Below, piece after piece: positions 10,039 through 23,934 of a stretch of 64,000 bases of DNA. The stretch covers positions 12,041-76,040 of the forward strand of contig JASHOE010000287.1 of assembly GCA_030041275.1 (NCBI GenBank). The letters run 5' to 3'. This DNA is from Streptosporangiaceae bacterium (GTDB lineage: Bacteria > Actinomycetota > Actinomycetes > Streptosporangiales > Streptosporangiaceae). The notes under the pieces were generated by a model, which worked only from the letters and a program-made list of their open reading frames with translations, made no database searches and was not told the origin of the DNA. The position numbers were made by a program, and so were the translations under genes. How positions within the stretch are numbered: position 1 is the first letter of the stretch; every line of letters starts with the position of its first letter.

Positions 10039-10932
10039 TTAGCCATCGTATTCCTCAAGATCACGGTCCGCGAGGCGTCCGCTCTGGCCAGTCCAGGTGA
10101 CGATCAAGTCGCCGAGCGGCGCAACCTGGTCCAGACTGACCTGCCCGTCGCGGTACAGCTCCAGTACCGCGAGGAACCTGGCCACTACCTCGTAGGTTCC
10201 CGCACAATCGTCAATGAGCTGCCGAAACGTAGCCCGTTGCAGCGACCGGAGCCTCGCCAGCAGTATCTCAGCTTGCTCGCGGACCGATGTGCGCGGGACA
10301 TGCAGGTGCGCGGTGGACACTGACGGCACGGGGCGTGGTGCGAGCACGCGGGCGGCGATGGCCGCGAACTCCGTCGCGCCGATGCCGATGAGCACCTCCG
10401 GCAGCAAGCTGGCGAACTGCGGCTCCATCACCACCTGGCGCGGGTACCGGCGACCCTGACCCGCAAGGCGGCTCGCGAACAGCGCCGCCACCTGCTTATA
10501 GGCGCGGTACTGCAGCAGCCGTGCGAAGAGCAGGTCCCTGGCCTCGAGCAACGCCAGGTCTTCCTCGTCGTCGACCTCCCCGGCTGGCAGCAGTCGCGCC
10601 GCCTTGAGGTCAACCAGCGTCGCCGCCACGACCAGGAAGTAGCTCGCCTGATCGAGCTCCCATCGGCCGGCCAGATCGCGGATGTATCCGATGAACTCGT
10701 CCGTCACCTGCGACAGCGCGATCTCGGTGATGTCGAGCTTGTGCTTGGCTATGAGCGCGAGCAGCAGATCGAACGGCCCCTCGAACACGTCGAGGTGTAC
10801 CTGGAAGCCGCCCTTGTCGCCGCTGGATGCGCGGGCGTCGGTCTCCGCATCCGCAGCGACCGCGCGCGTCGAGCCCGCGGAGAGGGACGCGATGTCATCG
10901 GTCTCGCCGGTCATGGTGATCACCCGGAGCAT
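10039..10932 (-). CDS. scpA: Segregation and condensation protein A (kleisin)
   Basis: FQVHLDVFEGPFDLLLALIAKHKLDITEIALSQVTDEF is the ScpA N-terminal signature. 15 nt upstream of scpB. Confidence 0.85.
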   Translation of the reverse strand: MLRVITMTGETDDIASLSAGSTRAVAADAETDARASSGDKGGFQVHLDVFEGPFDLLLALIAKHKLDITEIALSQVTDEFIGYIRDLAGRWELDQASYFLVVAATLVDLKAARLLPAGEVDDEEDLALLEARDLLFARLLQYRAYKQVAALFASRLAGQGRRYPRQVVMEPQFASLLPEVLIGIGATEFAAIAARVLAPRPVPSVSTAHLHVPRTSVREQAEILLARLRSLQRATFRQLIDDCAGTYEVVARFLAVLELYRDGQVSLDQVAPLGDLIVTWTGQSGRLADRDLEEYDG

Positions 10933-10951
10933 ACCGGCATACCCCGATGGC

Positions 10952-11278
10952 TCACTTGGCCGTGCGCAGCCGTTCGGCCACGAGGCTGCCGTCGCCAGCC
11001 GTGTCCAGGTCGGCGAGCAGCACCGCGAGCGCCTCGCGAACTATCCGGCCGCGGTCGACAGTGATCCCGTAGGACCGCAGAGCCAGCCGAGCTCGCTCCA
11101 GGTCAAGGAGCTCCGCGCCGGACAGGTAAACCGTGATCTTCTGGGAGTGGCTTTCCCGGCCGCTAGCCTGCCGTTCCGGCTCGACCGCAGGACGATGAGT
11201 CGGCGGCCGCAGTAGCTCTGCTACGCCGGGCAGTCTTACCCGGCGCGAACGGGACCCGCTGGAACGCGCTGGCGCCAC
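10952..11278 (-). CDS. Small hypothetical protein with ribbon-helix-helix-like C-terminal half
   Basis: 108-aa ORF with high third-position GC. KITVYLSGAELLDLERARLALRSYGITVDRGRIVREALAVLLADL resembles CopG/ParG-type RHH. GTG 11278 overlaps the ParA-like gene end by 43 nt, so the start is uncertain. Confidence 0.5.
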   Translation of the reverse strand: MAPARSSGSRSRRVRLPGVAELLRPPTHRPAVEPERQASGRESHSQKITVYLSGAELLDLERARLALRSYGITVDRGRIVREALAVLLADLDTAGDGSLVAERLRTAK

Positions 11279-12138
11279 CGTTCCAATACCTCCTTGGCCA
11301 GCTCGCGGTAAGCGTTAGCGCCGCTGCACGCGGGGTCGAACCTGGTAATCGGCTCGCCGGCCACCGTGGCGTCGGGAAAGCGCACCGTCCTGCTGATGAC
11401 GGTGTGGAAGACGCGGTCGCCAAACCCCTCAACAACGCCGGCGAGAACTTCTCTGGTGTGCAGCGTGCGGGAGTCGTACATCGTTGCCAGCAAACCGTCG
11501 ATGGCAAGCTTGGGGCTGATGCGGCTCGACACCTTGTCGATGGTTTCCATGAGGAGAGCGACACCCCGCAGCGCGAAGTACTCGCATTCCAGCGGCACGA
11601 TTACGCCGTCGGCGCAGGCGAGCGCGTTGACCGTGAGCAGGCCCAACGACGGCTGACAGTCGATGAGGATGACGTCGTAGTCAGGCAAGACCGGCTGCAG
11701 CGCGCGCCCGAGCACGAACTCACGGCCGACCTCGTGCACGAGCTGGACCTCAGCACCAGACAGGTCGATGTTGCTTGGCAGCAGGTCCATGCCTTCCACG
11801 CGAGTCCTGATGATCACATCGTGCGCGGTCAGGCGGCGGTCCATCAGCAGGTTGTACACGGTGGCATCCAACTCATGCGGCTGAATCCCGAGGCCAACCG
11901 ACAGGGCACCTTGCGGATCGAAGTCCACGAGCAGCACGCGGCGTCCCAGCTCAGCCATTGCCGCGCCGAGGTTGATGGTCGTGGTGGTTTTGCCGACGCC
12001 GCCCTTCTGATTGCAGACGGCGGCGATGCGGGCCGGCCCGTGCACCAGCAGGGGCGCAGGCTCAGGGAAGACCGGTCGTGGCCGCCCCGTCGGGCCTCGC
12101 TGACCCGGCCTGGCCTCGAGGATTTGGGATGCTGCCAC
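11236..12138 (-). CDS. ParA/Soj-family ATPase (orphan, PldP-like position next to scpAB and xerD)
   Basis: Deviant Walker A: IAAVCNQKGGVGKTTTTINLGAAMA, LLVDFDPQG, ILIDCQPSLG. Confidence 0.9.
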   Translation of the reverse strand: MAASQILEARPGQRGPTGRPRPVFPEPAPLLVHGPARIAAVCNQKGGVGKTTTTINLGAAMAELGRRVLLVDFDPQGALSVGLGIQPHELDATVYNLLMDRRLTAHDVIIRTRVEGMDLLPSNIDLSGAEVQLVHEVGREFVLGRALQPVLPDYDVILIDCQPSLGLLTVNALACADGVIVPLECEYFALRGVALLMETIDKVSSRISPKLAIDGLLATMYDSRTLHTREVLAGVVEGFGDRVFHTVISRTVRFPDATVAGEPITRFDPACSGANAYRELAKEVLERWRQRVPAGPVRAG

Positions 12139-12391
12139 AGCTACCGCACCTCCTGGCGGCTAGCGCATAGTGCGCCCACTGGCACCGGACTCTAGGCCCC
12201 GAGCTGGGCCCCGGCAAGCCGCCGCACCGAGGAGCGACCAAATGGAACCGGATGCGAAATCTGACCGTAAGGCGACGGCTGGTGTCGTTTTCGGGGAACG
12301 CCGGTCGCTCCCTCCGCCACCGTAGCCACGGCCGCGGAGCTGCCGTCCGCACCGCTCACGACACCACCGGACAGCGCAGCTGCCGCTAACG

Positions 12392-13606
12392 TCACGCGCC
12401 GACGAGCGTCCGAGCCGACGCAGTCGTCTGCCCGTCGGCGGGCTCCCCGGCGTAGCCGCCTGGAGGCGCCGGCGGCCGCTGGCCGTCGCCCTGACCGCCA
12501 CCTCCCGGACCGCGATCCGGCCGTGGCGAGCTCCCGCGGTGCCACACGACCAGCCCGGTCCAGGAGCCCAGCGTGATGCCGATCGGCGGGAAGAATAGCC
12601 AGATGAGGAAGTAGCCGGGAGCGCCGTTGCTGGCGGCATTGATGGCATGGCCCGCGATGGCGGCGGAGGTCAGGTGCTGGCCGCCGTAGAGCACGCGAGC
12701 GACGACGCCTGACCTCGGCAGCAGCGCGATCGTGACCAGGCCGAGCACGCTGACGACCAGCGATCCGACGGTGGTGGCAAGGGCGCCGGCCGCTGCGCTC
12801 TGCCGTATCTTCGCGTCGACCACGGTCAGCTGGGCATCGGCCCTGCGGTAGCGCCAGCCAGCGAGCAGCGCGGCGGCCACCGGACCGCCCAGCAGGAGCA
12901 CCCAGGCCAGGACGACGAGCGGGTCGATCGCAGAGCCGCGCAGCCATGGCGCGCTGGCGTCTTTGTCCACGCCGAGCGGCATGATCGTGTACATGACGGC
13001 GCCGAGCGCGACGCCGCCACCGGTTCCGATGACCAGCGCTTTCGGCGCTACCCGCGACCGCTGCGCGGTGGCCATCAGCATGAGAGCCACGTACCCGACG
13101 AGGATCAGCAGCAAGAATGACCAGGCCAGCAGCCCCGCGAGCGGGGGGTTGTGCTGGCCAGCGTGACCCTTGCTGCGCAGCGTGGCGACCAGCGTGCGAG
13201 TCAGAATGAAGATCGCTGTGTACACAGCCACCCGCAGGGCGCGGGCGACCCTGCTGTCGGTGACGGGCCCGAACCGACGCCGCAGCAACCTCGGCAGCCA
13301 GGCCAGCACCAGGATCGTGGTGACCACGAGATACCAGACCACTGCCGAGTCATAGCCCGTGGCCTGCGACCATGCGGTCCAGGCCAGCAGGGCGGCGCCC
13401 ACGCCGAACAGAGCCGTGTGCCTGACGCTGCGGATCATGACCGCCTGCCGTGCAATCAGCCACACTCCGCCCCCCAGCCACCTCAGCTGGCCGAGCGTCG
13501 ACGGCACCTCGCCTGCCTCCGCCCACACTGCCTCGGCCCAGACACGCAGTTCCGCCGGCAGGAGGCGCGCTCCGGGGAGCGGCTTTGTGGGCCTCCGCCC
13601 TCTCAT
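12392..13606 (-). CDS. Polytopic membrane protein of unknown function with Pro/Gly-rich C-terminal tail
   Basis: 404 aa with many hydrophobic helices. ATGA-coupled to the upstream PadR gene. No recognisable catalytic motif. Confidence 0.6.
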   Translation of the reverse strand: MRGRRPTKPLPGARLLPAELRVWAEAVWAEAGEVPSTLGQLRWLGGGVWLIARQAVMIRSVRHTALFGVGAALLAWTAWSQATGYDSAVVWYLVVTTILVLAWLPRLLRRRFGPVTDSRVARALRVAVYTAIFILTRTLVATLRSKGHAGQHNPPLAGLLAWSFLLLILVGYVALMLMATAQRSRVAPKALVIGTGGGVALGAVMYTIMPLGVDKDASAPWLRGSAIDPLVVLAWVLLLGGPVAAALLAGWRYRRADAQLTVVDAKIRQSAAAGALATTVGSLVVSVLGLVTIALLPRSGVVARVLYGGQHLTSAAIAGHAINAASNGAPGYFLIWLFFPPIGITLGSWTGLVVWHRGSSPRPDRGPGGGGQGDGQRPPAPPGGYAGEPADGQTTASARTLVGA

Positions 13607-13974
13607 GACAGCACCTGCGCCGTGCTGATGCCGCTAGCGGGAGCAGGGCGGCGAGACGGCCGGCTCGGATTCCCCTGGCCGGCGTTCGCGGGCGCCGCTC
13701 GTTCCGGGTCCGCTCGCGTTGCGGCGGCGACTTGCAGCCCGTCCGGGCTCAGCCGGTATTGGTGCCGCCTGGGCCGACCCGGCTGCGGCTCGTCCTCCCA
13801 GCAGGCTTCGACCAGACCTTGCCCTGCAAGCCGGATCAAGATGGGATACAGCGTGCCCGACTTCAGCTCGGTCTGCTTAGCGAGGGCGTAGCCGTGATGC
13901 CACTGCTGCGGCTGGATGGCAAGTGCCGCTAGGACGGCCAGTGTCTGAGAAGACAGGCGGGTACGAGGTGCCAT
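13603..13974 (-). CDS. PadR-family transcriptional regulator
   Basis: LAVLAALAIQPQQWHHGYALAKQTELKSGTLYPILIRLAGQGLVEACWE...RRHQYRLSPDG is the canonical PadR wHTH. Confidence 0.85.
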   Translation of the reverse strand: MAPRTRLSSQTLAVLAALAIQPQQWHHGYALAKQTELKSGTLYPILIRLAGQGLVEACWEDEPQPGRPRRHQYRLSPDGLQVAAATRADPERAAPANAGQGNPSRPSRRPAPASGISTAQVLS

Positions 13975-13983
13975 GGCTAGGAA

Positions 13984-13999
13984 ATCTACCTAGGTAGAT
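13984..13999. promoter_or_regulatory. Perfect 16-bp palindrome ATCTACCTAGGTAGAT, 10 nt upstream of the PadR start codon
   Basis: Read directly. Its low-GC context and position fit an autoregulatory operator or promoter overlap. Confidence 0.5.
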
Positions 14000-14039
14000 G
14001 AACTGTTGTCCACCGACCTGGCCACGTTGGGGTCGGCCG

Positions 14040-14981
14040 CTACCCAACGGCGCGCGGGTGCGCCGACGCATAGACCTCGCGCAGCCTGTCAACGGTCACC
14101 AGCGTGTAGACCTGCGTGGTGGTCACCGACGCGTGGCCAAGCAGTTCTTGCACGACACGGACGTCGGCACCGCCGTCGAGCAGGTGCGTCGCGAACGAGT
14201 GGCGCAGCACGTGCGGTGACACCTCGGCCAGGCCAGCCCTGGTGGCCGCGGCCCGCAACGCTCCCCATGCACCCTGCCGGGTGAGCCGACCCCCGCGGGC
14301 ATTCAGGAACAGCCCCGAACTTGGCTGTCCGCGGCCGGACGCGGTCGCCAGCGCTGGCCGGGCGCGGACCAAGTACGCGCCGAGCGCATCAGCGGCGAAG
14401 CTCCCGACCGGGACCAGCCGCTCCTTCCCGCCTTTGCCGCGCAGCCGGACCGTGTCGGTCAACACGGACGACCCCGGGGCAGCCGAACCACGAGAACTGC
14501 CCGGATGGCTCGCAGTTGAGGCTCTGGCCAGATCGAGGTCGTCGACGTCCAGCCCGACCGCTTCGGAGATGCGCGCGCCGGTTGCGTACAGCAGTTCAAG
14601 CAGGGCCCGGTCGCGAAGCGCGGCAGGCCCCACTCCAGCGGCATCGAGCAGCCGCGCCACGTCGGGAACCGAGATCGCCTTCGGCAGCCGCCGCGGCGGG
14701 GCAGGCGGCCGGACTGCCCTCGCGGGGTCGTCGGCGGTGAGCCCCTCGGCGAGCGCGAAGGCATGCAAGCCGCGGACGGCCACCACCGCCCGGCCAGCGG
14801 AACTGGCAGCGAGCGGCGGATGATCCGCGTCACCCTCACGGAGCCCGGCCAGGAAGTCGGCTACATCCGACGTGCTCACGTCTTCGATCCGAGTGCGCCC
14901 GGTCGCCATCAGGGTCGTCGCGTAGCGCTGAAGGTCCCGTCGGTATGCCTGGAGGGTGTGGGCGGCGAGCCCCCGCTCCAC
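14040..14981 (-). CDS. xerD: Tyrosine recombinase XerD (N-terminus probably longer, see finding)
   Basis: [17 protein letters not shown]..., [16 protein letters not shown]-terminal [37 protein letters not shown] (R-H-R-Y catalytic set). GTG 14981 is the first ATG/GTG/TTG in frame. Confidence 0.9.
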   Translation of the reverse strand: MERGLAAHTLQAYRRDLQRYATTLMATGRTRIEDVSTSDVADFLAGLREGDADHPPLAASSAGRAVVAVRGLHAFALAEGLTADDPARAVRPPAPPRRLPKAISVPDVARLLDAAGVGPAALRDRALLELLYATGARISEAVGLDVDDLDLARASTASHPGSSRGSAAPGSSVLTDTVRLRGKGGKERLVPVGSFAADALGAYLVRARPALATASGRGQPSSGLFLNARGGRLTRQGAWGALRAAATRAGLAEVSPHVLRHSFATHLLDGGADVRVVQELLGHASVTTTQVYTLVTVDRLREVYASAHPRAVG

Positions 14982-15025
14982 CGTCAGATGGTCGAGATAG
15001 CGGCGGATCGCCTCGGCCGGGCTGG

Positions 15026-16141
15026 TCAGCTGAGCACCTCCGCCAGCGGCACGGCCGGCAGGCCATGGGCCTCGGCTACCGGCGCGCAGGTGATACCGCC
15101 CGCGTGCGTGTTGAGGCCGGGAGCGAACGAAGGATCGCTGCTCAGGGCCTCCCGCCAGCCACGGTTCGCGATCTCCAGCGCGTATGGCACGGTTACGTTG
15201 GTCAGCGCGTAGGTCGAGGTGTGCGGCACAGCCCCTGGCATGTTCGCCACGCAGTAGAAAACCGAGTCATGCACCCGGTAGGTCGGCTGGGCGTGCGTCG
15301 TAGGTCTGCTGTCTTCGAAGCAGCCGCCCTGGTCGATGGAGATGTCCACCAGCACCGAGCCTGGCTTCATCCGCGCGACCAGATCGTTGCTGACCAGCTT
15401 GGGCGCTCGCGCGCCCGGCACGAGCACCGCGCCGATGACCAGATCCGCGTCGATGCAGGCACGCTCAATCTCGTAGGCGTTGGACGCGACAGTCTGGCAA
15501 TGGCCCTGGTAGATGGCGTCCGCCTGGCGCAGCCGCCCGACGTTCTTGTCAACCAGCAATACCTCAGCCTGCATGCCGAGAGCGATGGCCGCCGCGTTCA
15601 TGCCGGACACCCCCGCGCCGAGCACGACCACCTTCGCCGCGTAGACACCGGATACCCCGCCCATGAGCACGCCACGGCCGCCGCCGTCGCGTTGCAGGTG
15701 ATGGGCGCCAACCTGGGGGGCCATCCGGCCCGCAACTTCCGACATCGGCGCGAGGAGCGGCAGCGAGCCATCTGGAAGCTGAACCGTCTCGTACGCGATC
15801 GCGGTGGTCTTCGAGGCCAGCAGCGCGTCCGTGCACTCACGGCTCGCCGCCAGGTGCAGATAGGTAAAGAGCACCTGGCCGGCGCGCATCCGGTGGTACT
15901 CCTCCGGCACCGGCTCCTTTACCTTGAGGACCAGGTCACCGGCCTGCCACACGTCGTCAGCGGAGGAGAGGATCTTCGCCCCGGCCGCGACGTAATCGGC
16001 GTCCGGAATCGCGGAACCAAGGCCGGCGTCCTGCTCGAGGTAGACGTCATGGCCATAGCGGACGAGTTCGTGCACACCAGCGGGCGTGATCGCCACCCGG
16101 TATTCGTGGTTCTTGACTTCCTTTGGAACGCCGACCCTCAT
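15026..16141 (-). CDS. ald: Alanine dehydrogenase
   Basis: [23 protein letters not shown]..., NAD motif [14 protein letters not shown], full-length 371 aa. Confidence 0.95.
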   Translation of the reverse strand: MRVGVPKEVKNHEYRVAITPAGVHELVRYGHDVYLEQDAGLGSAIPDADYVAAGAKILSSADDVWQAGDLVLKVKEPVPEEYHRMRAGQVLFTYLHLAASRECTDALLASKTTAIAYETVQLPDGSLPLLAPMSEVAGRMAPQVGAHHLQRDGGGRGVLMGGVSGVYAAKVVVLGAGVSGMNAAAIALGMQAEVLLVDKNVGRLRQADAIYQGHCQTVASNAYEIERACIDADLVIGAVLVPGARAPKLVSNDLVARMKPGSVLVDISIDQGGCFEDSRPTTHAQPTYRVHDSVFYCVANMPGAVPHTSTYALTNVTVPYALEIANRGWREALSSDPSFAPGLNTHAGGITCAPVAEAHGLPAVPLAEVLS

Positions 16142-16183
16142 GAGAACTCAAGTCCTTCCTCGCCGGTGATACCGCCGCACTCG

Positions 16184-18558
<2,375 letters not shown>

Positions 18559-18694
18559 CTATCCCGCTCGCCCACGGGGTCTCAGGATATCAAGCCGAGC
18601 GGCTACCAGTCCGTCAGACACGGCGGCTGAATGCCAGAGCCCCCGGATTTCCGCAGCTAGTCTCCCTTCTGCAGATATGGGGGACGAGATGGGC

Positions 18695-19630
18695 TCAGTG
18701 CGACCTAGCCCCCTTTAACGCCGCCCGGCGGCCCAGCGACCCGGTCTGCCGGCGTTCCTGACGGCCGTCGGCCTGCCTGGTCTCGCCCGCCTCGCCGAAC
18801 CTGGCCAGCGCGAGGGCACAGAGGACCGCGAGAACGAAGCCCACGGCAGCCACCGCGGTGAGCCCGTGCCGGGTCGTGTCACCAAGGAAAAGGACGCCGA
18901 CGAGGGCTGGTGGCGCGGTCTCGGCAAGGATGACCGCGGCCGTGGCGACTGTGACACTGCCGCCTTCCAGCGCGGTCGCATACAGCAAGAAAGACACGAT
19001 TCCAGCCGCCGCGAGCGTGTAGCTCGCCGGGCTCTTGACGAGCTCGAGGGCGCCGAACCCTGGCAGGATCCTGGCTGCCACGGCCACGATCCCGTAGCCA
19101 AGCCCCGCTATCGCTCCGAGTGCGGGGGTTCGTACCGGATTGGGCAGCCGCGCGACGGCGAATCCGGCCACCCCCACACCCGCGACCGCCACGATGAGGC
19201 CGAGCTTAAAGGCCGAACCCACCCTGGCCGCTCCTTCGGCGCCTGCGGACAGGCCCAGCAGGCCCACACCGACGATGACGCCAGCCACGGCCAGCCACTC
19301 GCGCGGCGCGAGGCGGATGCGCATCAGCCAGGCCGCGAAAACCGCGGTCACCGCGAGGTTGGCGGCAATGATCGCCTGGACGGCGAACAATGGCAGTCGC
19401 CGCAGCGCGACGAGCTGGGCTATGAACCCGATCAGGTCGATCAGGATGCTGCCCAGGAACACGCCCTGGTGCAGCAGCCGCACGAGCAGCCCGGCGTCGA
19501 CTCCCTGCCCTGCCTGGCCCACCTCGGCCACGCTGCGCCGACTCGCGGCCCGCACGGAGATCGCCTGCAGGACCGATGCGATGCCGTAGCACAGCGCTGA
19601 CAGCAGCGCGGCGAGCAGGCTCACCACCAT
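18695..19630 (-). CDS. Integral membrane protein (DMT/EamA-like, about 10 helices)
   Basis: 311 aa, almost entirely hydrophobic. The N-terminus LLAALLSALCYGIASVLQ resembles DMT-type carriers. Function unknown. Confidence 0.65.
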   Translation of the reverse strand: MVVSLLAALLSALCYGIASVLQAISVRAASRRSVAEVGQAGQGVDAGLLVRLLHQGVFLGSILIDLIGFIAQLVALRRLPLFAVQAIIAANLAVTAVFAAWLMRIRLAPREWLAVAGVIVGVGLLGLSAGAEGAARVGSAFKLGLIVAVAGVGVAGFAVARLPNPVRTPALGAIAGLGYGIVAVAARILPGFGALELVKSPASYTLAAAGIVSFLLYATALEGGSVTVATAAVILAETAPPALVGVLFLGDTTRHGLTAVAAVGFVLAVLCALALARFGEAGETRQADGRQERRQTGSLGRRAALKGARSH

Positions 19631-19717
19631 GACTCGACCCTACGCCGCAGCCAACCTGAGGATTCGCCCGATACTTCCGCAGTGGTTGCTGATCGCGGCG
19701 CGCGGCTACCCTGGTCT

Positions 19718-19737
19718 AACCAGGGCGGCAGCCCTGG

Positions 19738-19739
<2 letters not shown>
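19718..19739 (-). terminator. Hairpin AACCAGGGC-TGCC-GCCCTGGTT overlapping the uvrB stop codon
   Basis: 9-bp perfect stem with a 4-nt loop read on the minus strand, immediately at and after TAA. A third ACCAGGG copy follows (19709-19715 on the plus strand, read as CCCTGGT). Confidence 0.4.
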
Positions 19740-21846
<2,107 letters not shown>

Positions 21847-21949
21847 GACGTCTCCTCTGCTCGCTGCTCGCCTTCCACTCTAGGGCGGCTGTCTGACAAC
21901 GCCGGGCGGTGAGCGCGCATTCCGGCGTAGCGGTTGGCCCTGCCAGCGG

Positions 21950-22390
21950 CTAGGACGTCGGTGTCGGCGCGGTCAGCTCGAGCTGAACGCCATCGGGGTC
22001 GTCGAAGGAGAGCACGTCGATTCCGAAGGATGGCAGGCTGCTGATCTGGCCGTGCGGAACGCCCGCGTCCTCCAGTAGCTGCACCGCCCGCTCGAGGTCG
22101 GCACGGCTGTCAACGCTGAAGCTGAGGTGGTCAAGCCCGACTCGGTCGGGACTGAAGCGGTCGCCGGCCGGAGCCATCGGCCGCAGGCCCATGAGCAGGC
22201 TGCCCCGCACCATGACCACGCCGCCGAAGAGGATCTTGAACGTCTCTGCAGCGGCGGGGTCGTCTGGCGGCGGCGACTCCATGGCAACCTCGAAGCCGAG
22301 CAAGCTGGTGTAAAACTGCCGGCTCCGCGCCATGTCGGTGACGGTGAGTCGCAGGTGATGAATCTGTCCCGTCGGAATCTGTCCGGGCAT
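21950..22390 (-). CDS. VOC (glyoxalase/bleomycin-resistance/dioxygenase) family protein
   Basis: 146 aa. IHHLRLTVTDMARSRQFYTSLLGFEV and LDHLSFSV pattern of paired beta-alpha-beta-beta-beta modules. Confidence 0.8.
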   Translation of the reverse strand: MPGQIPTGQIHHLRLTVTDMARSRQFYTSLLGFEVAMESPPPDDPAAAETFKILFGGVVMVRGSLLMGLRPMAPAGDRFSPDRVGLDHLSFSVDSRADLERAVQLLEDAGVPHGQISSLPSFGIDVLSFDDPDGVQLELTAPTPTS

Positions 22391-22474
22391 GTGGGTGCCT
22401 CTCTTTCGGCTGCACGGACTGCGAAGTCCTGCACCACTACGGCAATGCAGGCCCAGCCGTGTGTTCTCCTGTCA

Positions 22475-23179
22475 TCACAAGACGGGGAGGTCGACTGGCC
22501 GCGCGGGTGCGTTTTCACCCGGTGGCAGCTGATCCCACCACCAGGGCAATTCGGTCGGTGCCCAGGAGGGATCGGGCCCGAAACGACACCACGTGCCGTC
22601 GAAGGGGAAGGACGCGGCCTCGGCAAGGCTGATGAGGCGCTCCCCCTCGGTGCGAATGGCGCTGGCATCAGCCTCGTCCCAGAACATGGGGTGTCCGGTT
22701 CGCTCGGCGAACTCATCCTCGTCCTTCCAGCGCCAGGACCTGTCGCTGGCGATCAGCACATCGAGCGCGTGATCTCGGAAGTCGAGCCCGCCCCACCAAC
22801 GCCGCGCCCGGCTCTGCAGATTGATGTACCAGCCTTCGAACTGTTCGTCAGCCGTGAAGCCCCAGCCGACTGCGTACGGGGATTCCGGCGGCGTCAGCCA
22901 CAGCACATCTCGGTCGGTCGCAGTGGCCAGCGCATGAGTTGTGGGCATGCGGATCTTCTCCGCCAGCGGCAGCGTCCGGGTGGGCAACCCCGTCAGGCTG
23001 ACCCGGCGGATTTGCTGCGAGCCTCGAGCGGTCCAGGTCAGCAGGCCGCGGCTGTCATCGCTGACCACACGCACGCTGTCGACTGTGCCGAGCCTGCCGT
23101 CTTGATGCAGTCCGCGCAGCACGATGGTGTCGCCGCGGCTGAAGCGCTCCATTATGGCTCCGATTTCCGTGGGCACCAC
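22475..23179 (-). CDS. DUF402-like (FomD/Ntdp-type) protein
   Basis: GWYINLQ...DHALDVLI...WRWKDEDEF resembles the DUF402 core. Start either GTG 23179 or ATG 23152. Confidence 0.65.
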   Translation of the reverse strand: MVPTEIGAIMERFSRGDTIVLRGLHQDGRLGTVDSVRVVSDDSRGLLTWTARGSQQIRRVSLTGLPTRTLPLAEKIRMPTTHALATATDRDVLWLTPPESPYAVGWGFTADEQFEGWYINLQSRARRWWGGLDFRDHALDVLIASDRSWRWKDEDEFAERTGHPMFWDEADASAIRTEGERLISLAEAASFPFDGTWCRFGPDPSWAPTELPWWWDQLPPGENAPARPVDLPVL

Positions 23180-23217
23180 GCGCCGGGGCAGCCGGCCGCC
23201 GCGGGCTCTCGTCTGGC

Positions 23218-23835
23218 TCAGCCTGGGCTGGCAGGCTGGGCGTGCGCGCGCCGTCGCAGCTCCGCCCAGAGCTCGCCGACCTGGCGGTCCAGCTCGGCCA
23301 GCGAGCCCGAGTTGTCGACGACCATCCCGGCGATGGCAAGCCGATCCTCGCGGCTCGCCTGCGCGGCCATCCGGGCGGCCGCCTGGTCCTGGGTCATGCC
23401 GCGCATTCGGACCAGCCGATCGACCTGCTGGCGCGGTGGCGTGTCTACCACGACGACCAGGTCATAGGCGCTCGCCAGCCCGTTCTCGGCGATCAGCGGA
23501 ACATCGTGGACGACAACGGCGTCGGGTCCCGCCGCGTCCTCGAGTTCGCGCATCCGGGCTGCGACCCTCGGGTGCACGATCGCATTCAGCGTTGCCAGCT
23601 TCTGGCGGTCGGCGAACACGATGTCGCCGAGCCGGACCCGGTCCAGCGCGCCGTCCGGGCGAAGTACGCCCGCGCCGAAGGCCCGCTCGACCTCGGCCAG
23701 CCCGTCAGTCCCCGGCGCGACGACCTCCCTGGCGATGAGATCGGCGTCGATGATGACCGCGCCCTGGGCGGCGAGCCGATACGAAACCTCGCTCTTGCCA
23801 GAGCCGATCCCGCCGGTCAGGCCTACGCGAAGCAT
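23218..23835 (-). CDS. coaE: Dephospho-CoA kinase
   Basis: [19 protein letters not shown]-loop at the chosen ATG 23835. The 26 codons upstream in the ORF (to 23913) are Arg-rich and not conserved-looking. Confidence 0.9.
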   Translation of the reverse strand: MLRVGLTGGIGSGKSEVSYRLAAQGAVIIDADLIAREVVAPGTDGLAEVERAFGAGVLRPDGALDRVRLGDIVFADRQKLATLNAIVHPRVAARMRELEDAAGPDAVVVHDVPLIAENGLASAYDLVVVVDTPPRQQVDRLVRMRGMTQDQAAARMAAQASREDRLAIAGMVVDNSGSLAELDRQVGELWAELRRRAHAQPASPG

Positions 23836-23934
23836 GTCAGCCGACGCTACCGCCGACCCGCACGTCGCGGCCCGCGCCCGGTTCCGTTCGCGGCTGCGCG
23901 CCCGGTCCGGCAACCTGGGCGCGAGCCTGCGCGG

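Noticed and set aside
12160-12947. Arg-rich minus-strand ORFs (162 aa and 251 aa) around the ParA upstream region
   Set aside because: Out-of-frame overlaps of the membrane-protein gene and intergenic DNA. Low-complexity Arg/Pro/Gly translations.
14040-14981. Tyrosine recombinase as a sign of an integrated mobile element
   Set aside because: The sequence and its neighbourhood (ald, pyrG, ParA-like, scpAB) match housekeeping XerD. No flanking direct repeats or phage or ICE genes.
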